In this document: piece by piece, positions 1-9,928 of the stretch
Numbering within the stretch: position 1 is the stretch's first letter
Layout: every line of letters starts with the position of its first letter
DNA from: an uncultured Verrucomicrobiae bacterium
Lineage (GTDB): Bacteria > Verrucomicrobiota > Verrucomicrobiia > Chthoniobacterales > Chthoniobacteraceae
Length of the DNA stretch: 64,000 bases
Assembly (NCBI GenBank): GCA_963751395.1
Contig: CAVVUC010000002.1
Location: 1,172,029 to 1,236,028, forward strand
Reading direction: 5' to 3'
Made by a program: the position numbers and the translations under genes
The notes under the pieces: model-generated
Database searches by the model: none
The model's input: only the letters and a program-made list of their open reading frames with translations
What the model was told of the DNA's origin: nothing

Positions 1-1639
1 AGCGATCCCACGGCGGATTGGAAAAAAGCGGCGCGTAGGAACCCATCGCGACAATGTCCGAGTTGCGCTCCATGCCGGTCATGAACGCCGCTTCGCCAAC
101 CGCGCCGCGCAAGTTGCCGCGCGGCGGACGGGTGACTGCGTATTCTCCGATGTAAATCTTCGGGCCGGTGCGTTTGTAGGTGTCGTATTGTTTCGTCTTG
201 CCCATGAAAGCCTCGGGCGAGAGGTAGTAATGTTCGTCGATAATATCGAGCGGCCGCTCCGTGGGGATGCCCTGCCACTGGTTCGCAAGGATTTTCATCG
301 CGGGATGCTTCTTCTTGATCGCGTCGTGGAACTGGTAATAGCGCGCGTTGTATTCCGGTCCGCCGTTCTCATTTCCAATCTCAATGAACTTCAAATGAAA
401 CGGCCCGGGGTGTCCGGCTTTTGCCCGCAACGACCCCCACTCACTGTCGGCGGGGCCGTTGGCGTATTCGATCGCATCCAGCGCGTCCTGCAAAAACTCT
501 GGATTGATGGGCGTGGAGATTTTGCGACCGGATTTTCTTTGCTCCTCGTGAGACATGCCGCAGTTGATGACAAACAAAGGTTCCGCGCCTATGTCCTCGC
601 AGAGCTGGAGATACTCGTGATAGCCGAGTCCGTCGGTTGAGTTATAGCCCCACAAGTTCCAATGACCAGGGCGCTGGGCTATGTCGCCGATGGTCTTTTT
701 CCATCGCGTCGCCTCGGCCAGCTTGTCTCCCTCCACAAAACAGCCGCCCGGAAATCGGACAAAGCCGGGATGCATGTCGGCGAGCAGTTGGGCCAGATCG
801 GCACGCAGTCCATTCGGGCGATCCTTGAAGGTGTCCTTAGGAAACAAAGAAAGCATGTCCAGCCAGATCGTGCCGGGTTGCTTTGTCGAAAGGACGAGCC
901 GCGCATTCGGCTCCGTCGCGCTGGCGATGAGCTTGCAGTCGAACTTCACCCAATCCGCGCCGATGCCCTGAACCTCCTGAGTCGCCAATGCCGTGCCGTC
1001 CTGCTTTTCGATCGAGACAGTCAAAGAGCCGGAGAAGTTCTCCGCACGCGCATAGAACGACAGGTCGTATTCCTTGCCCTGCACGACGGCGATGCCGGAC
1101 TTCGATTCGCTTACGGCCTTCTCAAACTGCGGCAACCACTTGTCCGGCTCGCCCTGGGGCACTTGAGCGCAGCCTTTGAAACCATCGTTCGCCACGCCCG
1201 CGCGCTCGCCTGCGTTGGCGACCTGCAGCTTCAGGCTTGTCGGGTTGTTTGCGTTCAGAGGCTTGCTGTCATCCAGTTCCATCTTTGCGTCCGCGCCTGC
1301 ACCTTTGATAAGCGACCATCCCAGCGCCGCTTTGAACTCCGGCAGCCGTTGCGCCTGCATGTTGCCGTTCTCATCCTTCTTCCACAACACCTGCGCGGCG
1401 GCATCCTCGAACGACCGGTTCTGCAACATCTCCGCGTAAAGTCCGCCGTCGCCCGCGCGATTGATCTCCTCAAAAAAGATGCCGTAGAGCGTCGGGCTGA
1501 CCGTTACTCCCGGCTTGTTCACTTCGACAGTGATGCGGGCCGGGGAGGCTTTCTTCTGCTCGCCGTGGGCGGGTTGCAAAAGGAGGGTTGCCGCGCAAAA
1601 AAACGCGCCGGCTTTTGCGATGAGTATTTGGTGGTTCAT
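1..1639 (-). CDS. abfA: alpha-L-arabinofuranosidase, glycoside hydrolase family 51 (partial; C-terminus lies beyond the window start)
   Basis: Manual reverse-strand translation from the ATG at 1639..1637 is open to position 1. It begins MNHQILIAKAGAFFCAATLLLQPAHGEQ (signal peptide) and contains PTLYGIFFEEINRAGDGGLYAEMLQNRSFED, FVRFPGGCFVEGD and FIEIGNENGGPEY (the GH51 acid/base GNE motif). It is absent from the ORF track only because its stop codon lies outside the window. Confidence 0.85.
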   Translation of the reverse strand, partial: MNHQILIAKAGAFFCAATLLLQPAHGEQKKASPARITVEVNKPGVTVSPTLYGIFFEEINRAGDGGLYAEMLQNRSFEDAAAQVLWKKDENGNMQAQRLPEFKAALGWSLIKGAGADAKMELDDSKPLNANNPTSLKLQVANAGERAGVANDGFKGCAQVPQGEPDKWLPQFEKAVSESKSGIAVVQGKEYDLSFYARAENFSGSLTVSIEKQDGTALATQEVQGIGADWVKFDCKLIASATEPNARLVLSTKQPGTIWLDMLSLFPKDTFKDRPNGLRADLAQLLADMHPGFVRFPGGCFVEGDKLAEATRWKKTIGDIAQRPGHWNLWGYNSTDGLGYHEYLQLCEDIGAEPLFVINCGMSHEEQRKSGRKISTPINPEFLQDALDAIEYANGPADSEWGSLRAKAGHPGPFHLKFIEIGNENGGPEYNARYYQFHDAIKKKHPAMKILANQWQGIPTERPLDIIDEHYYLSPEAFMGKTKQYDTYKRTGPKIYIGEYAVTRPPRGNLRGAVGEAAFMTGMERNSDIVAMGSYAPLFSNPPWDR

Positions 1640-1768
1640 AGGGAGGAGGGATTGTGGGTTTTGATGCGCGACGAAGAAACGTGCGGTTCGCGCACCCGGC
1701 TTCGATCGCGACGCAGAGACTTCCTTTTTCAGCGGGCGCAATCAAGCCGCAAAAGTCCAGTCACCCGG

Positions 1769-3157
1769 CTACGTTGCTTCGCCGAGCAAATCGTAAACTT
1801 GTGTGCCGGTGATGCGCACGTCGATGAATTCGCCTACGGGGGCGGGGCGGTTCAGGATCACCTGGCCGTCGATGTCGGGCGCGTCGGAGGCGCTGCGGGC
1901 GGCGAGGGGTTTCTCGACCAGGACGCGAAGCCGCGAGCCGACCTGCGCCGCGGAGATTTCGCGCGCGATTCTCTGCTGAAGTTTCATGGCGCGCTTGAAG
2001 CGGGCGGTTTTGATTTTCGCCGGAATCTGGCCGGGCATCTTCGCGGCGCGGGAGCCTTCTTCCTGCGAGTAGGTGAAGACGCCGAGGCGCTCGAAGCGGA
2101 CGGTTTCGATGAACTGGAGGAGCGACTCGAAGTGCTGGTCGGTCTCGCCCGGGAAGCCGACGATGAAGGTCGTGCGCAATGCGATGCCGGGGATGCCTGC
2201 GCGGATGCGGGCGATAAGGTTCTCGATGTGTTCGCGGGATGTCTCGCGTCGCATGAGATCGAGCATGTCGCCGTGGATGTGCTGCAACGGCATGTCGATG
2301 TAGCGCGCGACCTTGTCGCACCCGGCAATCGTCGCGATGAGTTCGTCGCTCCAATGCGCCGGGTGGGTGTAGAGGAGGCGTATCCAAAACTCGCCGCCGA
2401 TCTTTTGCAGTTCGCGCAGCAGCTTCGTCAAAGTCGGGCCGCGGCTTGAGTCCACTGGCTGGGTCGGGTTGGCGCGCTGTTCCCACAGGTCCATGCCGAA
2501 GTAGGTCGTGTCCTGGCTGATGAGGTTGATTTCCTTCACGCCCTCGGCGACCAGCGCGCGGACTTCGGCGACGACCGATTCGATGGTGCGGCTTCGATGC
2601 TTTCCGCGCATCTGCGGGATCACGCAGAAGCTGCACGGGTGATTGCAGCCCTCGGCGATTTTCACATAGGCGGTGTGCGACGGCGTGAGGCGGAAGCGGG
2701 GCGTGTCGTAATCCGGAATGTAAACGGGTTTGCGCGTGACGAGGTTCAGGGGCTCCCAGTGCGGATCGGTGAGTGAATGGTGATTGGTGAGTGGTGAATG
2801 GTCAGAGGGTTGGGCGAGGATTTGTGCGACGATTTTCCCAGCATCGGCCACCTGGTCCAGGCCGATGAAGGCATCGACCTCGGGCATCTCGCTCTGGAGT
2901 TGCGTGGAAAAGCGCTGCGCCATGCAGCCGCTCACGATCAGCTTCTGGCCCGGCTTTTTGCGCAGGCCGCGCTGCTGGTGTGCTTCGAGGATGGCTTCGA
3001 TGGACTCTTTCTTCGCGGAGTCGATGAAAGCGCACGTGTTCACGATGAGCACGTCGGCTTCCTCGGCGTCGGAGGTGAGCTGCATGCCGTGCTGGAGAAC
3101 TCCACCAAGCATGATCTCGGCATCGACGAGATTCTTCGCGCAGCCGAGGCTGACCAT
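1769..3157 (-). CDS. rimO: ribosomal protein S12 methylthiotransferase RimO
   Basis: ORF 1769..3205 carries the RimO N-terminal MTTase motif VSLGCAKNLVDAE, the radical-SAM CxxxCxxC (CSFCVIP) and a TRAM-like C-terminus. The true start is probably the internal Met (MVSLGC...) at 3157. The 16 codons upstream, and a linker insert (SDHSPLTNHHSLTDPHW, about 2768-2805), are encoded by heptamer tandem repeats. Confidence 0.85.
   Translation of the reverse strand: MVSLGCAKNLVDAEIMLGGVLQHGMQLTSDAEEADVLIVNTCAFIDSAKKESIEAILEAHQQRGLRKKPGQKLIVSGCMAQRFSTQLQSEMPEVDAFIGLDQVADAGKIVAQILAQPSDHSPLTNHHSLTDPHWEPLNLVTRKPVYIPDYDTPRFRLTPSHTAYVKIAEGCNHPCSFCVIPQMRGKHRSRTIESVVAEVRALVAEGVKEINLISQDTTYFGMDLWEQRANPTQPVDSSRGPTLTKLLRELQKIGGEFWIRLLYTHPAHWSDELIATIAGCDKVARYIDMPLQHIHGDMLDLMRRETSREHIENLIARIRAGIPGIALRTTFIVGFPGETDQHFESLLQFIETVRFERLGVFTYSQEEGSRAAKMPGQIPAKIKTARFKRAMKLQQRIAREISAAQVGSRLRVLVEKPLAARSASDAPDIDGQVILNRPAPVGEFIDVRITGTQVYDLLGEAT
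2768..2805. repeat. single-arm GAATGGT-family heptamer tandem array inserted in frame in the rimO inter-domain linker
   Basis: ggtgagtgaatggtgattggtgagtggtgaatggtcag encodes SDHSPLTNHHSLTDPHW on the minus strand. It uses the same unit family as the 30301-30380 hairpin. Confidence 0.8.
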
Positions 3158-3166
3158 GCCGACCTT

Positions 3167-3205
3167 GGTGATTTTGGAATTTTGATTTTCGATTTTGGAT
3201 TTCAC
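3167..3205. repeat. single-arm GATTTTG heptamer tandem array, translated as the apparent N-terminal extension of rimO
   Basis: ggtgattttggaattttgattttcgattttggatttcac. It uses the same unit as the 21505-21591 element. No obvious partner arm. Confidence 0.8.
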
Positions 3206-4098
3206 TCAATCAGGACGCCGGGCGGCTCGTAGGGAACAGGTTGCCCGTCTCTTGTTAATATCACTGCGTCTTTGTCCCGGATTTCGATCCAGAATTTTGC
3301 GCCTTTGAAAGTCAGTGGACGCTCGTTGGGATAGAGCCAGTCGTTGAAGATGGGCGGGGAACCTTGCGCATCTTTCGTGATTCTCACCCAGGTTTTGGTG
3401 CGTGGTTGTAGCGTGACTGCTCTTTCCAAGCTCGGCGTCGGAGAAGACATCGGTGGAACGGTCAGGTCGGACGACCTCACTGGTTCGGCTCGCCGAACTT
3501 CGACGTTGTCGATCATCTGCGGTGTTGCGGCAGGAGTCGCCGAGGGTTGGGGGACTGGAATGGCGACGCGTTCCGGCAAAGCCACGACGGGAGTGGGCGA
3601 GGGGATGGCAGGCACTTCCTTTGGTGGCGTTGCGGCGGGAGTCGGAGAAGACACGGAACCGGTGGATGCGATTTTGCTTCCGGGGGTTTCGATTTTTCCG
3701 AGATTGATCCGCTGGAGATTGATGACAAAATCCATGACAACCGCGCCGCCCACGAGCACGACCGCGCCGATGATGAGCGGCCTCCAAAACTTCCAGTTGA
3801 TCCGGTTCACGGAGTTGACCGGCGCAGGCTTGTTGCTGAGGTATTCGTAATCGCCGCTGCCGACCGGGTTCGGATTCTCAAATGCCATGACGAACTCGGA
3901 GACATCGACGCCCAAATACTTCGCGTAAATCACCAGGAACCCTCTCGCGTAAGTGATGCTTGGGAAGTTTGTGAAGTCGTCCTTCTCAAGCGCGGTAATC
4001 TGGTCCGGTCGAATCCTCGTCACATGCGAGGCTTCTTCGATGGAAATCTGATTCCTCAGCCGCGCTTCACGCAGCTTTTTGCCGACAGTTGCAACCAT
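3202..4098 (-). CDS. rodZ: RodZ-like cytoskeleton protein (N-terminal XRE-type HTH, transmembrane segment, proline-rich linker, C-terminal DUF4115)
   Basis: N-terminal HTH LREARLRNQISIEEASHVTRIRPDQITALE, one hydrophobic transmembrane segment, a P/T/S-rich linker and a C-terminal motif KTWVRITKDAQG...KGAKFWIEIRDKDAV typical of the RodZ C-domain. Confidence 0.7.
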   Translation of the reverse strand: MVATVGKKLREARLRNQISIEEASHVTRIRPDQITALEKDDFTNFPSITYARGFLVIYAKYLGVDVSEFVMAFENPNPVGSGDYEYLSNKPAPVNSVNRINWKFWRPLIIGAVVLVGGAVVMDFVINLQRINLGKIETPGSKIASTGSVSSPTPAATPPKEVPAIPSPTPVVALPERVAIPVPQPSATPAATPQMIDNVEVRRAEPVRSSDLTVPPMSSPTPSLERAVTLQPRTKTWVRITKDAQGSPPIFNDWLYPNERPLTFKGAKFWIEIRDKDAVILTRDGQPVPYEPPGVLIE

Positions 4099-4108
4099 AT
4101 TGATTTCC

Positions 4109-6523
4109 CTAGTGAACGAGTTGATCGAGGTCCTTCAAAATCTCGCGCGGCTTGGCTCCTTCGCCGGGCGCGACATAGCCGCGTTGTTCGAGAATGTCCA
4201 CCACGCGGGCGGCACGCGTGTAGCCGAGGCGCAACCGGCGCTGGAACAGGGAGGTCGAGGCCTTCTTTTCCTGGCGCATGACCTCGATGCACTTCTGCAC
4301 CAATTCCTCGTCCTCCTCGTTGACTTCCTCTTCGATCTGGCCACTGGATTGCAGCTTCTCGTGGATTTCATTTTCAAATGCCGGCTCGGCCTGGGACGAA
4401 ACGAAATCAACCAGGCGGCGAATTTCATCGTCGGTCACGAGCACACCTTGCGCTCGGACGAGGCGGGAGGTTCCCGGCGGCAGATACAGCATGTCGCCCT
4501 GGCCGAGGAGGCGATCGGCGCCGTTTTCGTCGAGGATGACGCGGCTGTCGAGTTTCGACGCGACCTGGAACGCGATGCGGCTAGGGATGTTCGCTTTGAT
4601 GATGCCGGTGACGACATCGGCCCGCGGCGTCTGCGTCGCGACGATCATGTGGATGCCGGCCGCGCGCGCCATCTGCGTGATGCGGGCAATGGCGCTCTCG
4701 ACATCGGCTGGCGCGGTCTGCATCAAGTCGGCCAGTTCGTCCACGATCACCACGATGTAAGGCATGTGATCGGGGATGATGAGTTCCTCGTCCCGCGGAA
4801 CGCGAATCGGCTCCGGCTCGGGTTCGTCGGTGAAAAGCTCGTCGTCGGACTTGTCGCTGAAGTCGATGGTTTTCGGTTCGACAGGCGCTTCTTTCGGGCG
4901 CTCCTTCTTTTCCTCGTCGAGCTCCTTTTGCGATTTCGGTTTCGGACGCGCGTTGAAGCTGGTGATGTTGCGGACGCCGGTCTTGGCGAAAATCTTGTAG
5001 CGCTTCTCCATTTCATCGATCACCCAGCGCAAGGCGAGCAGCACCTTTTTCGGATCGGTGACGACGGGGATCACAAGATGCGGCAGCGTGTTGTAGATCT
5101 GCATCTCGACCACTTTCGGATCGATCATGATGAAGCGAATCTGCTCCGGCGTGAACCGGTAGAGCATGCTGGAGATGATCGAGTTGATGCAGACGCTCTT
5201 GCCGCTGCCGGTCGCGCCGGCCACGAGGCAATGCGGCATCTGCGCGAGATCGGCGATGATGGTGCGCCCATAGACGTCCTTGCCGAGCGCGATGGGGATT
5301 TTCGCTTTTGTGGAGTTCCAGTCTTCGGAGTCGAGAAGTTCGCGCAGCGTGACTTTGACTTTGCGGCTGTTGGCGATTTCGATGCCGACGGTGTCTTTGC
5401 CGGGGATCGGCGCGAGGATGTTGATGCGTTCGGCGCTGGTCGCGCGGGCAAGATCGCGTTCGCGGTTGACGATCTTGTCCACGCTCACTCCTTTGGCCGG
5501 GTAGAGTTCGTAGCGCGTAATGGTCGGGCCTTTCGTGATGTCGCCAGCCGCAACGCTGACGCCGAATTGCGCGAGTGCTTCGATCAAGGTGTCTTGAATG
5601 GCGCGGAGTTCGTCCGGGTCGGCCGCCTGCCGGCCCGTCATGTCCGCGGAATCCAGCAGTTCGATGTCGGGCAGCGAGTAGTTGTCGAAATGGACCGGTT
5701 CTTTCGGAACGATTTTCGCCTTCTCCGTCTTCGGCAGAACGATCGCGGTGTCGATGATTTGCGGGGCGGGGCGATCGACCAGGTCGCTTTCCGGCGCAGG
5801 CTCGGGCATGATCGGCGCGCCTCCCTTCTTGCCGAGTTGCCGCTGAAGTTTCCTAGCCTCGCGTTCCAGCTTCTTCTGTTCGAGTTCCAGGCGTTCCCGC
5901 TCACCGGCGCGAGCCATCTGGCGCTGACGGTACTGTTCCAAAAGCACACCCGGCAGGTTGATCGCTTTTCGCAGCAGATAAAACGGCCGGATGCCCGTCA
6001 TCATGATGAGGCATGTGACATACAGGCAGATCAGCAGGATGTGCGATCCACCGTAGCCGAGCCAGCTTTGGAGCACCCGATCGCCGAGCCAGTAGCCGAA
6101 CCATCCGCCCGGGCCGCGGATATTCATCAGCCTGGGCCATGTCTGCAAATAGGTGTGCTGCAAGTGAGCCAGGCATGCTCCGGACAGAATGAACGCGGCG
6201 ACCCAGGGCAGCCGTCGTGCGATTTTCACCTCCGGCGAGATCAGCTTCGCGCCGCCATAGCCGAGCAGCACCGCTGCAACAAGGTAGGACGCCGCACCGA
6301 AGAGGAAGTAAAAAATGCTGGCGAGAATGGCGCCCGCCGGGCCGATGAAGTTCTGCGCCGGGTGATTCGCCGGCGAGATGTAACTAAGCGGAAACCAGCC
6401 CGGCAAATCCTTCGGCGTGTAGGAAACCAGCGAAAAAAGCAGCAGCGTGCCGAGGCCGAGGAGGACCAGGCCGACGACTTCACTGACCGTGCGATTTTCT
6501 TGTGCGCGAGGCATTCGGGTCAT
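4109..6523 (-). CDS. ftsK: DNA translocase FtsK/SpoIIIE
   Basis: 804 aa. N-terminal polytopic membrane domain, a central KE-rich linker, the FtsK ATPase core (Walker A GATGSGKS; IVVIVDELADLM) and a C-terminal gamma winged-helix domain (RRLRLGYTRAARVVDILE). Confidence 0.95.
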   Translation of the reverse strand: MTRMPRAQENRTVSEVVGLVLLGLGTLLLFSLVSYTPKDLPGWFPLSYISPANHPAQNFIGPAGAILASIFYFLFGAASYLVAAVLLGYGGAKLISPEVKIARRLPWVAAFILSGACLAHLQHTYLQTWPRLMNIRGPGGWFGYWLGDRVLQSWLGYGGSHILLICLYVTCLIMMTGIRPFYLLRKAINLPGVLLEQYRQRQMARAGERERLELEQKKLEREARKLQRQLGKKGGAPIMPEPAPESDLVDRPAPQIIDTAIVLPKTEKAKIVPKEPVHFDNYSLPDIELLDSADMTGRQAADPDELRAIQDTLIEALAQFGVSVAAGDITKGPTITRYELYPAKGVSVDKIVNRERDLARATSAERINILAPIPGKDTVGIEIANSRKVKVTLRELLDSEDWNSTKAKIPIALGKDVYGRTIIADLAQMPHCLVAGATGSGKSVCINSIISSMLYRFTPEQIRFIMIDPKVVEMQIYNTLPHLVIPVVTDPKKVLLALRWVIDEMEKRYKIFAKTGVRNITSFNARPKPKSQKELDEEKKERPKEAPVEPKTIDFSDKSDDELFTDEPEPEPIRVPRDEELIIPDHMPYIVVIVDELADLMQTAPADVESAIARITQMARAAGIHMIVATQTPRADVVTGIIKANIPSRIAFQVASKLDSRVILDENGADRLLGQGDMLYLPPGTSRLVRAQGVLVTDDEIRRLVDFVSSQAEPAFENEIHEKLQSSGQIEEEVNEEDEELVQKCIEVMRQEKKASTSLFQRRLRLGYTRAARVVDILEQRGYVAPGEGAKPREILKDLDQLVH

Positions 6524-6624
6524 AGTAGTCTTAAATCCAAATTTGGAAATTTGAATCTGAAACTCCCGCCTTCGATAAGGGCGGATTTCTCAAATCAGCT
6601 CCGCTTTAACCACGAAACTTCATC

Positions 6625-7565
6625 ATGCAAATCACGGAACCCATCGTATTCGAACCCTTGTTCATGGAACGCGTCTGGGGCGGGAGACGGCTTGAGACTT
6701 TGTTCGGCAGGCATCTACCCGGAGGCGAACGCATCGGCGAATCGTGGGAGGTCGTCGATCGCGAGGAGGCGCAAAGCGTGGTCCATGCCGGCCCGCTGCG
6801 TGGCAAAACACTGCACGAATTGTGGACCGGACATCGCGACCTGGTTTTTGGAAGAATCGCGAGCGACCCGCCCCGCTTTCCGCTTCTGTTCAAGCTCCTC
6901 GACGCTCAGGAGCGGCTCTCGGTGCAGGTGCATCCGCCATTGCGAGTGGCGGCTCAGCTTCGCGGCGAACCCAAGACAGAGATGTGGTATTTCCTTCACA
7001 CCGATCCCGACAGCGACATTTTCGTCGGATTGAAAAAGGGCGTGACGCGGGAAGCGTTCGAGCGCGCGTTGCACAATGGCACGGTCGAAGAAGCCGTCCA
7101 TCGCATCCCTGTCAAAACAGGGCAGTCGATCTTCATTCCGAGTGGACGGCTCCACGCGATCGGCGCTGGCAACGTCATTGTCGAAGTGCAACAAAACAGC
7201 GACACGACCTACCGCGTCTTCGACTGGAACCGCGTCGGTCTCGACGGCAAGGCGCGCGAACTGCACATCGAGCAATCGCTTGCATCGACCGACTTCAACG
7301 ACATCGAACCGGGCGTCGATCAGCCGCGCGGGGAGGTGCTCGCCGAGTGCGAATACTTCCGCGTTGAAAAGTGGAATCTGGAACAACCGCACCTCGCCGC
7401 CGAACCCGGCTCGTTTGCGATCTTTGCCTGCGTGAGCGGCGGAGTGGAATGCGCCGGCAGGCAGTTCAAGCCGGGCGATTTTTTTTCGTACCCGCGGCAC
7501 TCGAAGCCCGCGACGTGAAACCGCTCGCGGACGGCAGCAGCGTGTTGCGAGCGACGATTCCGTAG
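6625..7565 (+). CDS. manA: mannose-6-phosphate isomerase, type I (apparent frameshift in a T8 run near 7485-7492)
   Basis: ORF 6625..7518 carries type I PMI motifs (VWGG, LSVQVHP, KTEMWY, IPSGRLHAIG). The expected C-terminal cupin strand FFVPAALEARDVKPLADGSSVLRATIP is in the +1 frame (ORF 7371..7565). The frame change coincides with the homopolymer gattttttttcg. Confidence 0.8.
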
Positions 7566-7579
7566 GTTAAAGCGGCGTT

Positions 7580-7960
7580 ATGTTCGAACATCGCCAACAG
7601 CCGCTGCTTTCTCGAAAGGCGTACACTCGGCGCATGCTGAAGAACGTCGCGGCGGCGTCGCTGATCATTGCGGCGGCGCTATCGATTGGCGTTCTCGGCT
7701 ATCGCGTGTTCGGCGGGTTGCCGTGGATCGATTCGCTGCTAAACGCCTCGATGATCCTTGGCGGCATGGGGCCGGTCGATACTTTGAAAAGCGACACGGC
7801 AAAGTTGTTTGCGTCGTTTTATGCGATGTTCAGCGGTCTGGTCTTCATAGGGGTGGCCGCAGTGCTGCTCGCGCCGGTGGTGCATCGTTTCCTTCATCGC
7901 TTCCATCTCGAATCGGAGGAGCAGCAGGAACCTCGCAGGGCACCGAAGAAGCCGGAATAA
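7580..7960 (+). CDS. hypothetical small membrane protein (2 predicted TM helices; loop ILGGMGPVD faintly reminiscent of a channel pore loop)
   Basis: ORF in a gene-sized gap with two hydrophobic segments (AAASLIIAAALSIGVLGY; LVFIGVAAVLLAPVV). An internal Met at 7634 is an alternative start. No confident family assignment. Confidence 0.4.
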   Translation: MFEHRQQPLLSRKAYTRRMLKNVAAASLIIAAALSIGVLGYRVFGGLPWIDSLLNASMILGGMGPVDTLKSDTAKLFASFYAMFSGLVFIGVAAVLLAPVVHRFLHRFHLESEEQQEPRRAPKKPE

Positions 7961-7994
7961 AGGAATCCGCCGTGATTTCCCGCGAGCCACGCTT

Positions 7995-8669
7995 TCACAT
8001 CTCGAATTTGTAACCCACCTCGCGAATGGTCTGAATGAACCGGGGATGCTGAGGGTCGGGTTCGATGATGTTTCTGAGCGCGTTGATGAAGCGGTCGATG
8101 CTGCGGGGCGTGACGAGGCGATCGTATCCCCAGACGGCATTGAGAATTTCATCGCGACTGAAAGCACGGCCCGGGCGTTTCAGAAAAAATCTCAGCAACT
8201 CGAATTCCTTCGGGGACAGCTTGATTTCGCTGCCGCCCCGCGTGAAGCGATGCGAGGTCACGTCGAGTTCGCAGTCGCCGAACCGATGGACTTGCGGCTC
8301 CGGCTCGCGGCGTCGTCGCAGAAATGCCTCCGCCCGCGCAAGCAGTTCGCGGATTCCGAAAGGCTTCGTCACGTAATCGTCCGCGCCTACTTTCAAGCCG
8401 AGGACGATGTCGGACTCCTGGCCTTTCGCAGTGAGCATGATGATCGGCAGATCGAACTTTTCCTTACGCAGGTGCTGGCAGATTTCGTAGCCGTTGATCT
8501 TCGGCAGCATGAGATCGAGGATGAGCAGGTCGGGCTTGATCTTCAAAACCGCGTCGAGGCCGCGTTCGCCGTCGGTGGCCGTTTTCACGATGTATCCCTC
8601 GAACTCGAAGTTGTCCTTCAATCCCCGCAGCATCGCGTCGTCGTCTTCGATGATGAGCACGGTTTCCAT
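7995..8669 (-). CDS. OmpR/PhoB-family two-component response regulator
   Basis: Receiver domain (LIIEDD...DLLILDLMLP...LTAK) plus a winged-helix C-terminal domain (LSPKEFELLRFF...TIREVGYKF). The long ORF 7995..8789 has an arginine-rich, unlikely N-extension, so the start is taken at the internal Met METVLIIEDD. Confidence 0.85.
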   Translation of the reverse strand: METVLIIEDDDAMLRGLKDNFEFEGYIVKTATDGERGLDAVLKIKPDLLILDLMLPKINGYEICQHLRKEKFDLPIIMLTAKGQESDIVLGLKVGADDYVTKPFGIRELLARAEAFLRRRREPEPQVHRFGDCELDVTSHRFTRGGSEIKLSPKEFELLRFFLKRPGRAFSRDEILNAVWGYDRLVTPRSIDRFINALRNIIEPDPQHPRFIQTIREVGYKFEM

Positions 8670-8671
8670 GT

Positions 8672-9886
8672 TTACGAAATGGGGATGCTGACAGAAAAGC
8701 GGCTGCCTTTTCCCGGCTCGCTCTCGACGGCAAGCTCGCCGCCGTGCGCATCGACGATGCGTTTCACGATGCTCAATCCAAGCCCGCAACCTTCCGCGCT
8801 GCGCGTCAGCTTTTGATCGACCTGGTAGAAGCGCCGGAAGATTTTCGCCCGCTCCGATTTCTCGATGCCGATGCCGTTATCCTCGACCGCGAAGACTACA
8901 CGGCCGCCCGCGCGCTTCGCTTCGACGACGATGCGTTTGTCCTCGCCGGTGTATTTCCATGCGTTCTCGAGGAGGTTCACGAGCACCATGGTGAGCGAGT
9001 CGCGGTCGGCTGAAACCGGCGGCAGCGCTTCGTCGAGCCGGCATTCGACGTGTGCTTCGTTCATCTTCAAGTTCAGTGAATCGAGCGCCGCGCGCACGGT
9101 GTCGGCGGGCGCGACCGGCTCTTTGCGAAAAACATACGTGCCGCGTTCGATGCGGGAGAGCGTAAGGAAGTTCTCGATCAACCGGCTGAGGCGGAGATTT
9201 TCGCGCGAGGCGAGTTCGAGATACTCGTGCAGTTGTTCGTCGCCGCGGTAGCGGCCTTCGCGCAGCGTGTCGAGGAGCACGCGCATGGACGCGAGCGGCG
9301 TCTTGAGTTCGTGCGACACCGTGGCGAGCGTCGAGTTTTTCAACTCCTGCAATTTCATCTGGCGATACACCGCAAACCCGGCCGCCCCTGCAATCGCAAG
9401 GTTCGCGGCCACGGCGATGGCTGCCGTGCGGGTGACGATCGCGATTTGTTCGTTGGCTGCGTCGGACGGCATTCCGGCGTTCTTGAGGTAAAGCTCGACC
9501 TGCCATGAAGCAAATGGCGCTGCCAGTTTCGTCCTCGCAAAAGGCTCGCCGCGCGGCTGCGAATCCTCGACCGCAGGCCGGCCGTTCTCGTCGAGGATTC
9601 GCAGCGTCACATTCGGATCGAACACGCCGCTGTAGAAACGCATGATTTTTTCCGGCGCTTCCTCGCGCGATGGCGGAGCGGTTTCCCATTGATGTCGCAA
9701 CGAGGTCGTCGCGACGGCGAGCGCCTGCTGGTAGGTCTGCGCCATCTGGTCGCGAGTTTCGGCGCGTTCCGCCCGCACCGACTCGACCATGAAGCGGAGC
9801 ATCAGCCCGGTCGGAAGCAGCGGCCCGAGCACGAGCAGCAGCAGCAGGCCTTTCATCTGTCGCGGCGAGATTTCGTGTTGCGCCAT
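8672..9886 (-). CDS. sensor histidine kinase (HisKA + HATPase_c), membrane-anchored
   Basis: H-box [15 protein letters not shown] boxes ([12 protein letters not shown]; [16 protein letters not shown]) and two N-terminal hydrophobic segments. Its stop abuts the response-regulator start, consistent with translational coupling. Confidence 0.85.
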   Translation of the reverse strand: MAQHEISPRQMKGLLLLLVLGPLLPTGLMLRFMVESVRAERAETRDQMAQTYQQALAVATTSLRHQWETAPPSREEAPEKIMRFYSGVFDPNVTLRILDENGRPAVEDSQPRGEPFARTKLAAPFASWQVELYLKNAGMPSDAANEQIAIVTRTAAIAVAANLAIAGAAGFAVYRQMKLQELKNSTLATVSHELKTPLASMRVLLDTLREGRYRGDEQLHEYLELASRENLRLSRLIENFLTLSRIERGTYVFRKEPVAPADTVRAALDSLNLKMNEAHVECRLDEALPPVSADRDSLTMVLVNLLENAWKYTGEDKRIVVEAKRAGGRVVFAVEDNGIGIEKSERAKIFRRFYQVDQKLTRSAEGCGLGLSIVKRIVDAHGGELAVESEPGKGSRFSVSIPIS

Positions 9887-9928
9887 TTCACTGATCTTTG
9901 CGCGGGCCGTGGATTTTGCCCATGCAAA

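Noticed and set aside
662-2449. 595-aa + strand ORF
   Set aside because: It is antisense to the GH51 arabinofuranosidase and rimO. It is Arg/Leu/Ala-rich with no motifs, a typical high-GC shadow ORF.
4079-7033. 984-aa + strand ORF
   Set aside because: It overlaps ftsK on the opposite strand and then runs into manA out of frame. It is a shadow ORF.
7580-7960. Small membrane protein considered as a K+ channel (2TM pore)
   Set aside because: It lacks the T(V/I)GYGD selectivity filter. Only a vague pore-loop-like GGMGP segment is present.
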